Source: Zygnema circumcarinatum SAG 698-1b (Eukaryota; Plantae; Zygnematophyceae). From it: a stretch of 64,000 bases of DNA. Made by a program: the position numbers and the translations under genes. The stretch lies in the NCBI GenBank assembly GCA_037447605.1, contig CM074813.1:186001-250000 (forward strand), in the 5' to 3' direction. Of this stretch, positions 1 to 14,786 are shown one piece after another (positions within the stretch are counted from its first letter, which is position 1; each line of letters opens with the position of its first letter). A model generated the notes under the pieces. The model did no database searches and had not been told where the DNA came from. It was given only the letters and a program-made list of their open reading frames with translations.

Positions 1-188
1 GGAGGGCTTTGGACTTCAGGCCTTGTAGGACGTTTAGAGCTTCTGGCCTGGGTTATAGTAGTGGAATGCTTTCCTGCTTGAAGTGTACCGGAGCTTTACG
101 CTTTCCTGTTTTTTTTAAGTTTCCGGTTTTAAGAAGAAACAGTAGCGTCTCCCATTTTCACTGACAAGTGCTTCTTTCTGGCATCCAG

Positions 189-810
189 GAATGGGACTAC
201 GGTGCATATGAAGGCATGACGACAACGGAAATCCGTAAAGCGGCCCCCGGCTGGACGGTGTTCACCCATGGCTGCCCGGAGGGCGAATCGCCGGAGGATG
301 TCGGCCGCCGGTGAGGCAGGCGCCACGTGTCATCTTTCCGCATGCTGGCTGTGGTGAAGTTGGGGGCGTGAAATCGCCATCTGACTGAAAGTGGAAGAAA
401 TGTACAACTCCCGCCAATGCGGAACAGCAATGAACGCATTCCGAATACCGTAGATACCGTCTTGGCCACTTTTTCTTTTTCTTGTTTATTGTGCCTGACC
501 TTGACCGACCTTGACCCGTGCGTGCTTGAGCGACCCCAGATGTGACCGAGTGATCGCGAAGCTGCGCGCGTGTGGCGGGCGCGGCCACGTGGAGGGCGAG
601 GAGTGCGTCCACGTGGACGCGAAGGAGTGCTTCGCTGACGTGGCCGTGGTCGCGCATGGGCACCTCCTCCGCGCGCTGGCCGCGCGGTGGCTCGAACTCG
701 CGCCCTCCGCGGGGCGACTCCTCGCGCTGGACACGGCCACGCTCTGCGTCCTCGGCTACGACCACGACCGGGCCGAGCCCGTCATCAGGGGCTGGAACGC
801 GCTGCCGTAG
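189..810 (+). CDS. Histidine phosphatase (phosphoglycerate mutase-like; SHB17/Rv3214-type), 3' part only. Exons 189-310 and 540-810; the RHG-containing N-terminus was not found in the window.
   Basis: Spliced translation is EWDYGAYEGMTTTEIRKAAPGWTVFTHGCPEGESPEDVGR|RCDRVIAKL...DVAVVAHGHLLRALAARWLELAPSAGRLLALDTATLCVLGYDHDRAEPVIRGWNALP*. The intron has GT at 311 and CAG at 537-539 and preserves frame. The E.dyG.yEG, GES and AHG motifs of histidine phosphatases are present. Confidence 0.85.
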
Positions 811-1190
811 AGGGAGGCGAGGGAGGGACGGGAGGAGAGGGAGGGACCGCGGGAGGGAGGGAGGTGGGGCGGGAGGAGGGGCGGGAGGNNNNNNNNNNAG
901 GAGAGAGGGGCGGGGGGGGGGAAGGGAGGGAGGGGGGGTCGGGAGGGAGCGAGGGAAGGGCGGGAGGGGGGGAAGGGAGGGAGGGACGGGGGGGCGGGAA
1001 GGCGCGAGGGAGGGCCGGGAGGGGGGGAAGGGAGGGAGAGAGTGGGAACGAATGGAGGGACGGGGGGGCGGGAAGGAGCGAGGGAGGGGTGGAAATGGGT
1101 GGGGGGAGATGGGGGAGGGAGGGGGAAGCGGGAAGGAAAGAGGGAGGGGCGGGAGGGAGGGAGGAGGGCGGGAGGAAGTGCAGAAAGGGC
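811..1190. repeat. G/A-rich low-complexity tract containing a 10-N assembly gap (889-898)
   Basis: Irregular GGGA/GGAG repeats and an N run are visible in the sequence. Confidence 0.9.
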
Positions 1191-1747
1191 TGATGGATGG
1201 AGGGATGGTTGGGTGGATGATGTTTCATTTTCTAGGACGTCTTTTATGTGAAGATGTCGTTCTTTGTCAACAAGGACCTTTTCAAATCTTCATTGCCTTT
1301 GTTATTTTTAAAGACACGACTTTGAGAGGTTGCAAACTGTTTGAAGCTCTTTCAACATCATTATCATTACTCCCAAAAATGGGAATCCTGCCGCCAAAAT
1401 TGAAATTCTACAAACCACAGGAAAGTTGCGCAACTTTGTTGGAAAAGTTCGACAGAAGGAAGCTCTCTTATCGTTAAGAATATTATAAACATACAGTGCA
1501 TAAAGAATTTAAAGAATACAAGATTCCTAAATTTCCGCTACCTTAACAGCTCGCTTGGCTAACCGTTACTCATAGATGCCTCAGTCTATCGCTATACACC
1601 GCGTTATCTTTCGGCAGAGGATAAGCTATCTAGATTTTTTTCTAAATAGCTTTCGCTTTATTAGCGTTTTTTTAGAGTCTCAAAAACTGTTTCTCACCCC
1701 CATCTCCGCCCCCTCCGATTCTCTGATTTCTCATTTTTTTTTTTTTC

Positions 1748-5112
<3,365 letters not shown>

Positions 5113-6084
5113 GGTGTGAGAGTGACGGAGCTCCAACGTACGAAAGACAGAGGGAAAGAGTGCGAGAGGAGAGAAAGAGAGGGAGGGAGAGAGTGAGAGA
5201 GACAGCTACGGATGAGAGGAGGAGAGCTGAGAGGGTGCAAACGAGAAGGAGAAAATAATAGGAGGCGGCAGTGGAGCCTCAAGGATTGTGGCCGCGGGCG
5301 GTTAGGATCTTGCCCCGCGGGCGGTTAGGACCTTCGCGTGGCAGTTTAACCGTCGGTCGGAGGGGTACGGCCGCGGGGTCTTCACTCAAGGCCGGCTCGG
5401 TCGCAGAAGGCGGGCCGTACGTCGGGCAACGAAGACCGGCGCGGCGGTCCTTGAGGCCGCCATGGCAGGTACTGGTAGTTATATACGACAAATCGTGAAT
5501 TTGAGGGATGGTACGGAGATTTTGGGTAGCGGTTTTCCCGTGTTGGACGGTTGCATTAGGTTTGTGTACGTCCTTGTCGTTTTGTGTAGCCGCCATAAAT
5601 GACAGTTGGCTGGTTCCTCGCGAGACTTGCTGGACTGACGGCCTCCTTAACGGCTCCGGGAAGAAGAGGACGGGGCATTGATCGCTCTCTTGCTCCGGGT
5701 CTTTCGCAGCGAAACTTTGTCGCGTAGCGCATGTGCATGCGGGACGCATGCGGCATGGCAGCATGGCGGCCTCGCACGACTCCAGCACTAGGCCAAGCGT
5801 TCTCAGACTTCTTACAAAACGTCCGTACCCGCTAAATCGCGAATTTTCCGCAACTTTTGGAGGCAACGTCCGTCAAAAATGAGCTCCCAAAGATGACCGT
5901 GACCGTGACGCAGAAGACGACTCGGAACGAAACATGCCGACCGCCACCCAGGACGCGCCGCGACGTGTGACCATGACGTCATGGTGACGCCCGCTTGGTC
6001 ACTCCGCCCGTTCGTAGAGGCCTTTCGGCTATAGCTCCGTAAGTATCAAACGCGTGCATTAATACACTGTATAATTGATACTGT

Positions 6085-6496
6085 TACATTTGATGGCCTT
6101 GCCATCGTGAGTTCAATCAAACATCATCTTCTCTGTATGATACATGCGTATTATACAACATTTAAAAATACAGTGTATTTTTAATGTATTTAACGTATTT
6201 TTTTTATTTTCGTGCTTAGTTGAACAAAGATTGATTATAATATTGAAATTCCAGCACTTGCCAAGTCACGTCACTTGCCAAACACTCAACACGTGTGACT
6301 TGGTCCGTACATGTTGGTACTCCCCTTCCGTACATAATTTCCGTACGTATCTATGTTCCAGTTGTACGGCTGTTAACAGTTGCGTTAAGGTATTATACAG
6401 TGTATAATACAGTATTAATACTGTATTATACATTGTATCGAACCTCAAAGAAGATGATGTTTGATTGAACTCACGATGGCAAGGCCATCAAATGTA
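6085..6496. mobile_element. MITE-like element with perfect terminal inverted repeats (48 bp including a terminal TA on each side, probably the target-site duplication)
   Basis: 6085-6132 TACATTTGATGGCCTTGCCATCGTGAGTTCAATCAAACATCATCTTCT is the exact reverse complement of 6449-6496. The ~316-bp interior is AT-rich and non-coding. Confidence 0.75.
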
Positions 6497-7574
6497 CATG
6501 GAGAAAATCGACATAAGGAACCAAAAGAAGCGGTCACAACGGACATAAGGACAAAGAGAAAGCCTTGAAATGGAAATCAACTTCTAGGCGCAACAACACG
6601 GCACTAGAAGCAGCCGCGAAGGTAGCCAATGTGGGGCGCAGTACGCGCGGGAAGGGGCGGAAGACCCTGTGTAAAGTGTATAATACGGAGCTATACTTTC
6701 GGCCCCTATTTTGGCTGCGGACGAACTCGTACAGACGAAAAGTACGGTCCGTACGCTTTGGGACGCGCCGTCCGTCGAGTGGACTTGCAACCGGTTCGGC
6801 AAAGCAATCACACTCTCAGTAATCAGTCACTATTCTTTTCGCAATACTGATCGCCAACTTTTCGTAACATTTTGCAGTCTGACAAGTGACAACCCCTAAT
6901 CACTGACGAGTTCTACGATGGAGTACAGTACTCACCACGTGATATTCTCAGAGTACTTGTTTCGGACTAAGGGACGAGGGATTGGAAAGACAGACAGCAC
7001 AAAACGACAAATAATGACGGCTCCATCGTTGTACGGTTACGGCCACGTGTTCATTCGACGCTTTCAATTGGTGGGTGCTTCGCACGAGTCAATGGCCGTA
7101 CGCCTCGTTGACTGTACGGCCGCGCGAGCGGCGAGAGAGAGGGAGGGACGCAGCACGTCCGTCCGTCCGTCCGTCGGTCCGCACTTTACTCCACTCCATA
7201 CATGCATTGCCTTTCGCGTTCTCCTTAGGACAAGAAAGTTCTCTTCGAAGAGTTGACTTTCTGGGCTGCATTGCTGTCTGCAGTGGGTTTGCCACTCCTG
7301 GTCGCAATCACACAGTCGAGTTTTCATGACCGGCACCGAAGGAAGGTTCTGCAATGGACTTGGCAGGATCACTTTTTTTTTTTGGTTCTTTCAAGTCGAT
7401 TATGAACTTACCGATAGCGACGGTTTTACTGCGGAGACCTCCCTTCCTATTCCTTCATGAAAAAAGTAATTCTTTATCTTATTTAGTTGTTGATGCTGTC
7501 GGGGGTCACCAAACAACAACCCTTAAGTACTTTTTAAAGCTTTAGAAAAAAAAAAAAAAAATGGACATCGATCG

Positions 7575-10500
7575 TCAGCCATAGTTCCAAGTCAGGGATT
7601 GGTTTTTTTCCAGCCCGGTCTCCCGCCGGGCCGTCACAATTTCTCGCACAAAGCTCGACATGACGCGCCCCCCCGCCCGCCCGCCCGAGCACTGATGCGG
7701 GGCGTACAGGAACACCGCCGCGCGCACGCACGCGAGCTTGTCCAGGACGGCCTGCAACACAGAACGGAGGAGGAGGAGGAGGCTCAGTTCAGGACAACTG
7801 CAGCAGCAATGTGCTCATTACTGGTGCAAATCTTCACTATGACAACCTTCCGTTGCAGATTATGGAATGTGGCAACTTTGCTCTTCAAAGTTTTGAAAAG
7901 GGTTCGCACCTGAATGCCGGCGTCCACAGACTCGAGGTTTGGGTCAAACATCTCCCAAGTCACTGGGCGAAGCGTCTGATGAATGGCCTGAAGAGGCGAT
8001 ACTCGAATTTCCAAAAGTGAATCAACAAACGGTGAAATCAAAATGTTGCAAACAGTAAAGCAAAACAGAAGGCGTACGGTCCATCCATTTTGTAGCAACA
8101 GAGGAACACACGAAACGGAACGGGACGAAGCAGCAGAGCACAGAGATGAATGAACTCAACAACTCACTTGAATGGCTTGCATTAACTTATCGCCACGGGT
8201 CATGTTTCTCCAATTGAAGGATGACGATTTACTAGTACTGCCAAAGGATTCAAACAAAACCGTGATCATCAAAACAACCACCGTCGATGACGTTACAAAT
8301 TTTGACGTCTCAAAGCTCAAGTGACATGAAAGGGAGAAGCCATTAAGCTCAGAAAGGAATGGCAGCAATTATAAATATTTAATCAACCCAATGCTCGAAT
8401 TTAAATCTATCGGAAGCAGGAATTAAAAAACACGATTTTCAAGATGAAGGGGCTGAGGAGAGGGAGAGAGGAATGGAGGGAGGGGGAGGGGGAGGAGCAT
8501 GAAGCATGCGAGATGACCGTTTGGTGATCCTACCCGTTATTTAGTGGGCTCAAATCCGACGCAAAAAAAACGCCTGTCAAGTTGTGCTCTCGCATTATAA
8601 AGCGAACAGTTTTTATTAGTCCTTGCTTACACGCCCTCATCATTCTTTCGCTTGTCTTCCTACGGAAAATTTGCTCCGTTCGCCATTGCACGGCCAAATA
8701 TTGACGACCTAATCTGCCTTCCTCCAAGTTTTCAAGGAGGGCCTCCAGATGTTCGCTGTACGCCAAACTTCGCAATGCAGAACGATACTGCAACAAACAA
8801 AACCACGAGCACGAGTCACACGGATGCGGAATAGACACAGGGATGAATGCTTGGGGGATGGCCACGTGGTTGACGTTTCCCTAGCATTCCACATCCCGCA
8901 TATCTTGTGCTTCTATGTGTACATGGAGTGCGTCTATCTGCGGTGTACACCTCTCCCACCCCATCTTCTCTCTCACACACATCAACATTTGCCTATCCGA
9001 CATTAGAACCAATAAGTCAATCGACCGATTAAAAGACGTGTGTAACTAAGAGGAACAGCTATGTACTCACAGATTCCGACATGCGTACACACCATCCCAC
9101 TGCATCCTTTGTTACTATGAGAAGGTCGAACTTCGACGCCTGTTTTGCAGAAGTTATCACGAACCTTGAATCTCCTCCTTTACACGGGACACAGAAATGA
9201 GGACCGGAAAGTATGCTGGCATCAAAAATAGCGGGGTCTGCATCATGCTTAGGTCTGCTGGATAGCGCTGTCAAGTCTTCTGCTGCACGCCTGTATATTT
9301 CCTTCTGGAAAACAAGAAATGGCAAGATATTACAGAACTTGGAGAGAGGGTTCAGGGGGATAGGGAGGACATGGCCAAAAAGTAAAAAGGAGAGGAGGAG
9401 GGAAAGAGAAGAGGTGGAGAAGGTAAAAGCGAGGAGAGTAGTGATGGAAGGGAGAGATTGGAGAGGACGGAGAAGGGGGGGTGAGTGGCCGAGACGAGGA
9501 GGACAAGATAGGCAAAGGACAGGGAGGTGACACACAGAAACGAGAGAGAGTAGAATGGAGAGGAAGGGAGAGTGTCGGAAGTGGTGAGGGAAAGGAAGAT
9601 AAAGCTGGACGAGAAAAGGGGGGAAGGGAATGTGTGTGTGAGTGAGAGAGAAAGGGGTGAAAACTAATACATGCGAAGGTGAGCAAGACAGGGATACGTA
9701 CGGGCTCGCACTTTGGACTCCCTGTGAGGAACATGGCGCATTTTGTGAGACCGCCATTTTTTAGTTTTTTCGTCCTCCGCGGCGAAATGTGCTCCAAAAA
9801 GTACCGCTCGCTCACCCAATGCACGTATCCTTCGAGAGCGTTCACACTGAAGTAGTTACAGAACAGGAGCATGTAGTCGGAGGAGCTTCCGATCTGACTG
9901 TTGCCAACACTCGGAAGGATGAGCACTCTCCCCGTCCTATTTGCAATCATCAAAACTTCCGCGAGGTGAAGGCGAGCTTTCGTCAGCTGCTCGATGATTC
10001 GGCCGACCGCAACAAACTTCACCTTTTCGTCCTCTGTCAAATGATGTAGAAGCAATTGTACGAGGTTCGTAAGTCGTTTTGGGATGTGTAAGTTGAACCG
10101 AGTAGTACTATCAACTAAAATAATGTGAAATTACAAGTTTGAAGTCAGCTCGGCGGTGCCACACATGGTCATGGGCCCCATACATTCACGACGCGAATGC
10201 CGCAGTTTTACACACTTTCTTCTACTTTCGACTGGTTTCCCAATTCTAGAGTTCACAATTTCTTCAGCTACAAATGGAGCTTAAACTTGTTGAGCATTGA
10301 TGCATCGCTCCATTGCGGTAGGACTAAAATGAATGCACAGAAATAGCAAACATCACATATTTTCCGAATGTCAACATCCATAAATGATTCAGGGTTTTCA
10401 AGGTTTATGCCAGACAACGGATTTTTCGCTTAGCCCGAAAAATGGATAGCCTCCTGCATTCGCGGTTATGCTGCCAAGTTGATTCTGGCGTTTCGAGAAT

Positions 10501-11244
10501 TAGTAGGCTCTTAAAATTCGGCCGAGAATGGAGGCTGTTCACGATTATGTCATCTCCTATCAGAGCATCAGCTTGCCTCGAGTTAATACAATGCGCTACT
10601 TCGGTAATGCCTAACAGATCTGGAAACCGACATTCCACTTGTACGTATCCTAAACTGGCGTAGCTTAGACTAGTTGGAAGCGAGTCTTGACTCTCTCGTT
10701 GTACATACGAATTCCGTGTAGAATCTTCAAGCTCATTCCAGGGACTCGATTAAGTGCCAGAGATCTCAAAATTTCTGTACGCTGTAAGATTTTTGGAATT
10801 TTCAAGAGTAGTCCAGAAATCAGGCTTTTCCACTTATAGGTATTTGAGCCCTACATAATTTACAGAGTTTGCTACCAGAAACGCGCACCCCAATGTCTAG
10901 AACCCCTCCCCAATGCCACAGCCCACCGCCCGCAAGCGCAGGGAGGGGAGGCACTGACCCCAGTCGAAGCCAACAGAGGAGGCGCTCTGGGAGGGCATGT
11001 CCGTACAGTAGTACTTCTTCGCCCCTTCCGCCCTCTCCTCCTCCTCCATTGCAGTCCGCCGGCCGCCCGCCTTCGCCACGTGGCGGTCAACCCCCCCGCC
11101 CTGCTGCGCAACCTCTTGCCACGTGGCAGAATGAGATGAGTTTGCAGCGGCTCGATCAGCGATCTCGGCGGCCATGGCGGCGCCGGAGGAGAGTAGGAAG
11201 AGGAGGAGGAGGAGGAGACGCCATGGCGGGCTTGCAGGCGCCAT
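7575..11244 (-). CDS. Secreted/Golgi O-fucosyltransferase-like glycosyltransferase, paralog 2. Seven exons: 11244-10959, 10033-9702, 9304-9071, 8787-8534, 8237-8168, 7987-7910, 7751-7575.
   Basis: Signal peptide [25 protein letters not shown]. Motifs EQLTKARLHLAEVLMIANRTGRVLILPSVG, WVSERYFLE, YLAVQWRTE, FFASD and AVLDKLACVRAAVFLYAP...SSFVREI align with paralog 1. Intron positions and phases are the same. Confidence 0.75.
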
Positions 11245-11589
11245 GGCGGGCGGGCGGGCGCCAGCTCGAAGGCCACTTCGCACACCCGACCGTCAATGGA
11301 GGTCCGCGTTCCGTGTCCATGTGCTCAGTTAAGGTTAATTTGACGAATCAAGAAAATTAATTTTATTCAAAATTACAGTTCTTTGTCGCCGTGATCTCTA
11401 AATTGGTTTTGTACTTATTTTTTGTTTTCTTGAAATTTGAGCACAAAAGCAGTACATTATTTAGTTTCGGATGCCATGTCACTTATCAAGCACACCATTG
11501 GCTGCACAAATCTTCGACACTTGCGATCATTGGCCAGGACGAGGAGGACGGGCCAAGCTCAAGATCTTGACTGCGCTTGACTTGGCTGG

Positions 11590-12241
11590 AACTTGCAGCC
11601 AATGACGCAAGTCTCAATACAGTAGCCATAGGAACAAACTCGTCGGCCGCGTCACGTCACGGTGGACATATGCGCTCCTTGTAAAGGGCCGCATCACGAG
11701 CAGCCCCGCCTTCATGGTTCGCTGTACGTGACAATAAACCGCGACGTGTTAGATCGGCCAACACAACATCCCCAATAATGCGCCGACCACCGTCCATAAG
11801 GGCCAAATCAGGGCAAACTCCGCGCTCGCCACGAGCAGGCGGTCGACGAGACACAAGGTGGCTCGGCTCGCGTCGTACGAGGAAGTTGGCCTCTTGTGCC
11901 ACTGCAGCAATCGCATCGCGCACAACATTATGAGCCAAGATGTATTTGCCGCCGAAAAAGGGAAAACCGCCCTCTTGCACATCGATCGAATCATCAGAAT
12001 CACAATGAGGAAAACCTTGCAATGGGGGGTGGGGGAGCCCGAGACGAAGTCGCTCTGCAAGCTGAAACTGGCCCGGAGTCAAACGAAGGGTGGAAAATAT
12101 CGGGGTAACCGCCAACCAAGCCCCAGCTCCGGGACCAGCACAAGAGCGAAGCCGAGCACGCGCAACATCAGAAGGAAGAGCCGCAATAAACTCAACAGCA
12201 ACCACCTCATCAGTCAAAATGGGCGGACAATGCTGACGCAT
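11590..12241 (-). mobile_element. Decayed C-terminal fragment of a non-LTR retrotransposon with a restriction-like endonuclease (RLE; CRE/R2-type)
   Basis: The translation ARLRSCAGPGAGAWL...FQLAERLRLGLP...HNVVRD...REP...CPDL...DV...K is followed out of frame by an FVPMA..ET-like segment. This is the thumb / eroded CCHC knuckle / PD-D-K order of RLE-LINE ORFs. No RT core is present in the window. Confidence 0.7.
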
Positions 12242-13270
12242 ATACCATCGCTCTAAGGACGGACGACTTTTAATCGTTCTTTCTTGAGTGCTCTCCCATT
12301 TCTTTTTGTGCTAAAACAAAGCGTTCTTGATGTGCAGGACGACTCGGGGCTGGAATCAACTGCTGCATTAACTTAAGCTTGTCCAGCTTGGAATATTGTC
12401 AATGGTGGAAAAGAAAACGCAAAACACAAAAAATTGCAAATACGTGGTGCTATAATCTAGAAATGATTTTAACAATCCCAGTTTTTAAGTACAAACTAGT
12501 GCCTGTAGTTTTCAATCCCTTCTCCAGCTTACATTTGGTGAGGAAAGAATTATAAAAACCAAAGCCAAGCCATTGTTATAGACTAAGGCGGAAATAGCAG
12601 CGGGGGCAAGAACGGAAAAATGGCGGAATGTGCAGTCAATGAATTACAGAGCACAGCTTCAAGAGCAACCCTCCCCGCCCCTCAACATCGAGCGACTCTT
12701 GTTTTAAATGATTGAAGACATTGAAAGCATTCTTTTACTACATAAAAAATGCTTTCAAATTTCAATTGCCTGCTCTGATCTCATAGTATATGCTATACAA
12801 GGATATGCGCTAACACACAAATGGGTGATTTTTTCAAACGGAGAAAATGAATGGCTGCACATTTGCGGTGATAAGGACAGCTTCATGTGGGCCCCGTCTC
12901 TGCCCTTATCCATCCCTCACTCGGTCTCAACAATAAGAGCAGAGCCTGTCCAATCTGTGAATGGCGCTTCCACTTTCGGAGGAAAAACGACATGCAAAAT
13001 TCTGTGATTCAAAGACTCCAAACGAGCATTTAGGGTTCGGCGATGGCTATGTCTACTCCATGGGACACTCCTCCTGCAATGGCTACCACCTTCCTTGTTA
13101 GCAGAGCCCTCCTCCTTCCATTCCAGAGGCTGAGGGGATGGCACCATCTTTGGCAGCCATGGCTGGCCCACCTGTCCCTCTGTGTTCTTGCCCCATGTGA
13201 AAACCGTTCCGTCATCTGTGACAGAACAACATCACCTTGTATCAAGAAACACAACATGCGGAAAAAAAAC

Positions 13271-14468
13271 AGAGGGAGCGGGAGAGGGGAGCGGGGGAGG
13301 GAGCAGGAGAGGGAGAGGGAGAGGGAGCAGGAGAGGGAGCGGGAGAGGGAGAGGGAGAAGAAGAGGGAGAGGGAGAGGGAGAGGGAGAGGGGAGAGGAAG
13401 AAGGAGAGGGAGAGGGAGAGGGAGAGGGAGAGAGGGAGAGGGAGAGGGAGAGAGAGGGAGAGAGGGAGAGGGAGGAGAGGGAGAGGGAGAGGGAGAGGGA
13501 GAGAGAGGGAGAGGGAGAGGGAGAGGGAGAGGGAGAGGGAGAGGGAGAGAGGGAAGAGGGAGAGGGAGAGGGAGAGGGAGAGGGAGAGGGAGAGGGAGAG
13601 GGAGAGGGAGAGGGAGAGAGAGGGAGAGAGGGAGAGGGAGAGGGAGAGGGAGAGGGAGAGGGAGAGAGAGGGAGAGGGAGAGGAGAGGGAGAGGGAGAGG
13701 GAGAGGGAGAGGGAGAGGGAGAGGGAGAGGGAGAGGGAGTGGGAGAGGGAGGGAGAGGAGAGGGAGAGGGAGAGAGGGAGGAGGGAGAGGGAGAGGGAGA
13801 GGGAGAGGAGAGGGAGAGGGAGAGGGAGGGAGAGGGAGAGGGAGAAGGAGAGGGAGAGGGAGAGGGAGAGGGAGAGGGAGAGGGAGAGGGAGAGGGAGAG
13901 GAGGAGAGGGAGAGGGAGAGGGAGAGGGAGAGAGGAGAGGGAGAGGGAGAGGGAGAGGGAGAGGGAGAGGGAGAGGGGAGAGGGAGAGGGAGGGAGAGGA
14001 GAGGGAGAGGGAGAGGGAGAGGAGGAGGGAGAGGGAGAGGGAGGAGGGAGAGGAGAGGGAGAGGGAGAGGAGAGGGAGAGGGAGAGGGAGAGGGAGAGGG
14101 AGAGGGAGAGGGAGAGGGAGAGGGAGAGGAGAGGGAGAGGGAGGAGAGGGAGAGGAGAGGGAGAGGGAGAGGAGAGGGAGAGGAGAGGGAGAGGGAGAAG
14201 GAGAGGGAGAGGAGAGGGAGAGGGAGAGGGAGAGGGAGAGGAGAGGGAGGAGAGGGAGAGGGAGAAGGAGAGGGAGAGGGAGAGGGAGAGGGAGAGGGAG
14301 AGGGAGAGGGAGAGGGAGAGGGAGAGGGAGAGGGAGAGGGAGAGGGAGAGGGAGAGGGAGAGGGGAGGGAGAGGGAGAGGAGAGGGAGAGGGAGAGGGAG
14401 AGGGAGAGGGAGAGAGGGAGAGGGAGAGGGAGAGGGAGAGGGAAAGAGGGAGAGGGAGAGGGAGAGTG
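13271..14468. repeat. ~1.2-kb (GAGAGG)n homopurine satellite, intergenic
   Basis: Direct observation. It explains the spurious ER/GE/SP/LS ORFs here. Confidence 0.97.
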
Positions 14469-14786
14469 AGGGGACGTACATTAACTGAATGGCAACGTTT
14501 CATGCTTAAAATGGCCGTTGGACGGGTAGTAGGACTAGCTAGACAGCGCGTTTAAAGTAAACCTAACCTAGAAAATAATTGGAACTTGTAGTTTGTACAT
14601 GCCCGCAGAACCAAAGGGCGAAAAACTGAGTTTTTTACGAAAAACTGAGCGTCTTTGTTATCAACGAGATGGGGCAAGCCTGCGCTCAGACCTGCTTTTA
14701 TTCGCACTTTCCGGAGGGCGCGAGGCGACGCGGGACCTCGTCCGAATGTGAGCTAGAAAAATGGACCACAAAAACATGTCGTTCTG

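Noticed and set aside
572-1477. 301-aa and overlapping G/R/E-rich ORFs
   Set aside because: They span a low-complexity GA tract and an N gap, and overlap the real phosphatase exon in another frame.
12900-13260. Possible exon or TE fragment next to the GAGAGG tract
   Set aside because: No recognisable protein motif in any frame.
13030-14555. Long ORFs of 410-483 aa (ER/GE/SP/LS repeats)
   Set aside because: Stop-free translations of the GAGAGG satellite in several frames; no domain content.
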